Shown: piece by piece, positions 7,111 through 7,344 of the stretch | Position numbering within the stretch: position 1 is the stretch's first letter | How the letters are laid out: each line of letters opens with the position of its first letter | IMG/VR virus record: IMGVR_UViG_2703718843_000005 | Source: a virus | Lineage: Duplodnaviria > Heunggongvirae > Uroviricota > Caudoviricetes | Length of the DNA stretch: 7,344 nt | Strand: one strand, 5' to 3' | Notes under the pieces: model-generated | Databases searched by the model: none | What the model was told of the DNA's origin: nothing | What the model saw: only the letters and a program-made list of their open reading frames with translations | Made by a program: the position numbers and the translations under genes

Positions 7111-7229
7111 AATTATGCCTCACTGTATTGACAACACAGAGCCTGAAGCTCTGACCTACTGTTTCACCCATGATCCATGCTGGGGTAATCTAACAACATT
7201 GCGCTGTGTGTAAGATGAGCAATGCATAG

Positions 7230-7344
7230 GGAAGGTGCGAATAAGTTCCTGATATGAGATCATCATATTCATCCGGAGCGCATCCCAGAGGGACATCATG
7301 AGCCATCAACTCACCTTCGCCGATATAGTGAATTCAGCACTAAG
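7230..7344 (+). mobile_element. IS5-family insertion sequence, left end (partial, runs off the right edge)
   Basis: GGAAGGTGCGAATAAG at 7230-7245 matches the 16-bp IS5 terminal inverted repeat as I recall it; an InsH-like transposase start follows 68 nt later. Confidence 0.75.
7298..7344 (+). CDS. IS5-family transposase (InsH-like), N-terminal 15 codons, partial
   Basis: ATG at 7298 translates to MSHQLTFAD..., matching the IS5 InsH N-terminus (MSHQLTFADSEF...) for the first nine residues before diverging. Confidence 0.65.
   Translation, partial: MSHQLTFADIVNSAL

Noticed and set aside
7298-7344. ORF at the right edge considered as the start of cre, which follows immC in P1
   Set aside because: The translation MSHQLTFAD... 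matches IS5 InsH, not Cre (which begins MSNLLTVHQNLPALP), and it is preceded at the correct distance by an IS5-type terminal repeat.

Overview
The window is a bacteriophage P1-type immunity / packaging / addiction block on the + strand (phd-doc, pdcA-pdcB, lpa, pacA with internal pac site, pacB) followed by c1 and coi on the - strand, in the canonical P1 gene order. Both flanks are disrupted by insertion sequences: at the left an IS3-family element cuts a type I restriction-modification hsdM gene down to its first 110 codons, and at the right an IS5-family element begins 119 bp upstream of coi. Protein identities rest on my recollection of P1 and IS protein sequences plus motifs visible in the sequence; no database search was run. 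I see no clearly undescribed system. The least understood element is pdcA-pdcB, where PdcB carries two Cys/His-rich clusters. The most consequential structural features are the two IS junctions, one inactivating a defence gene and one cutting the immC control region.
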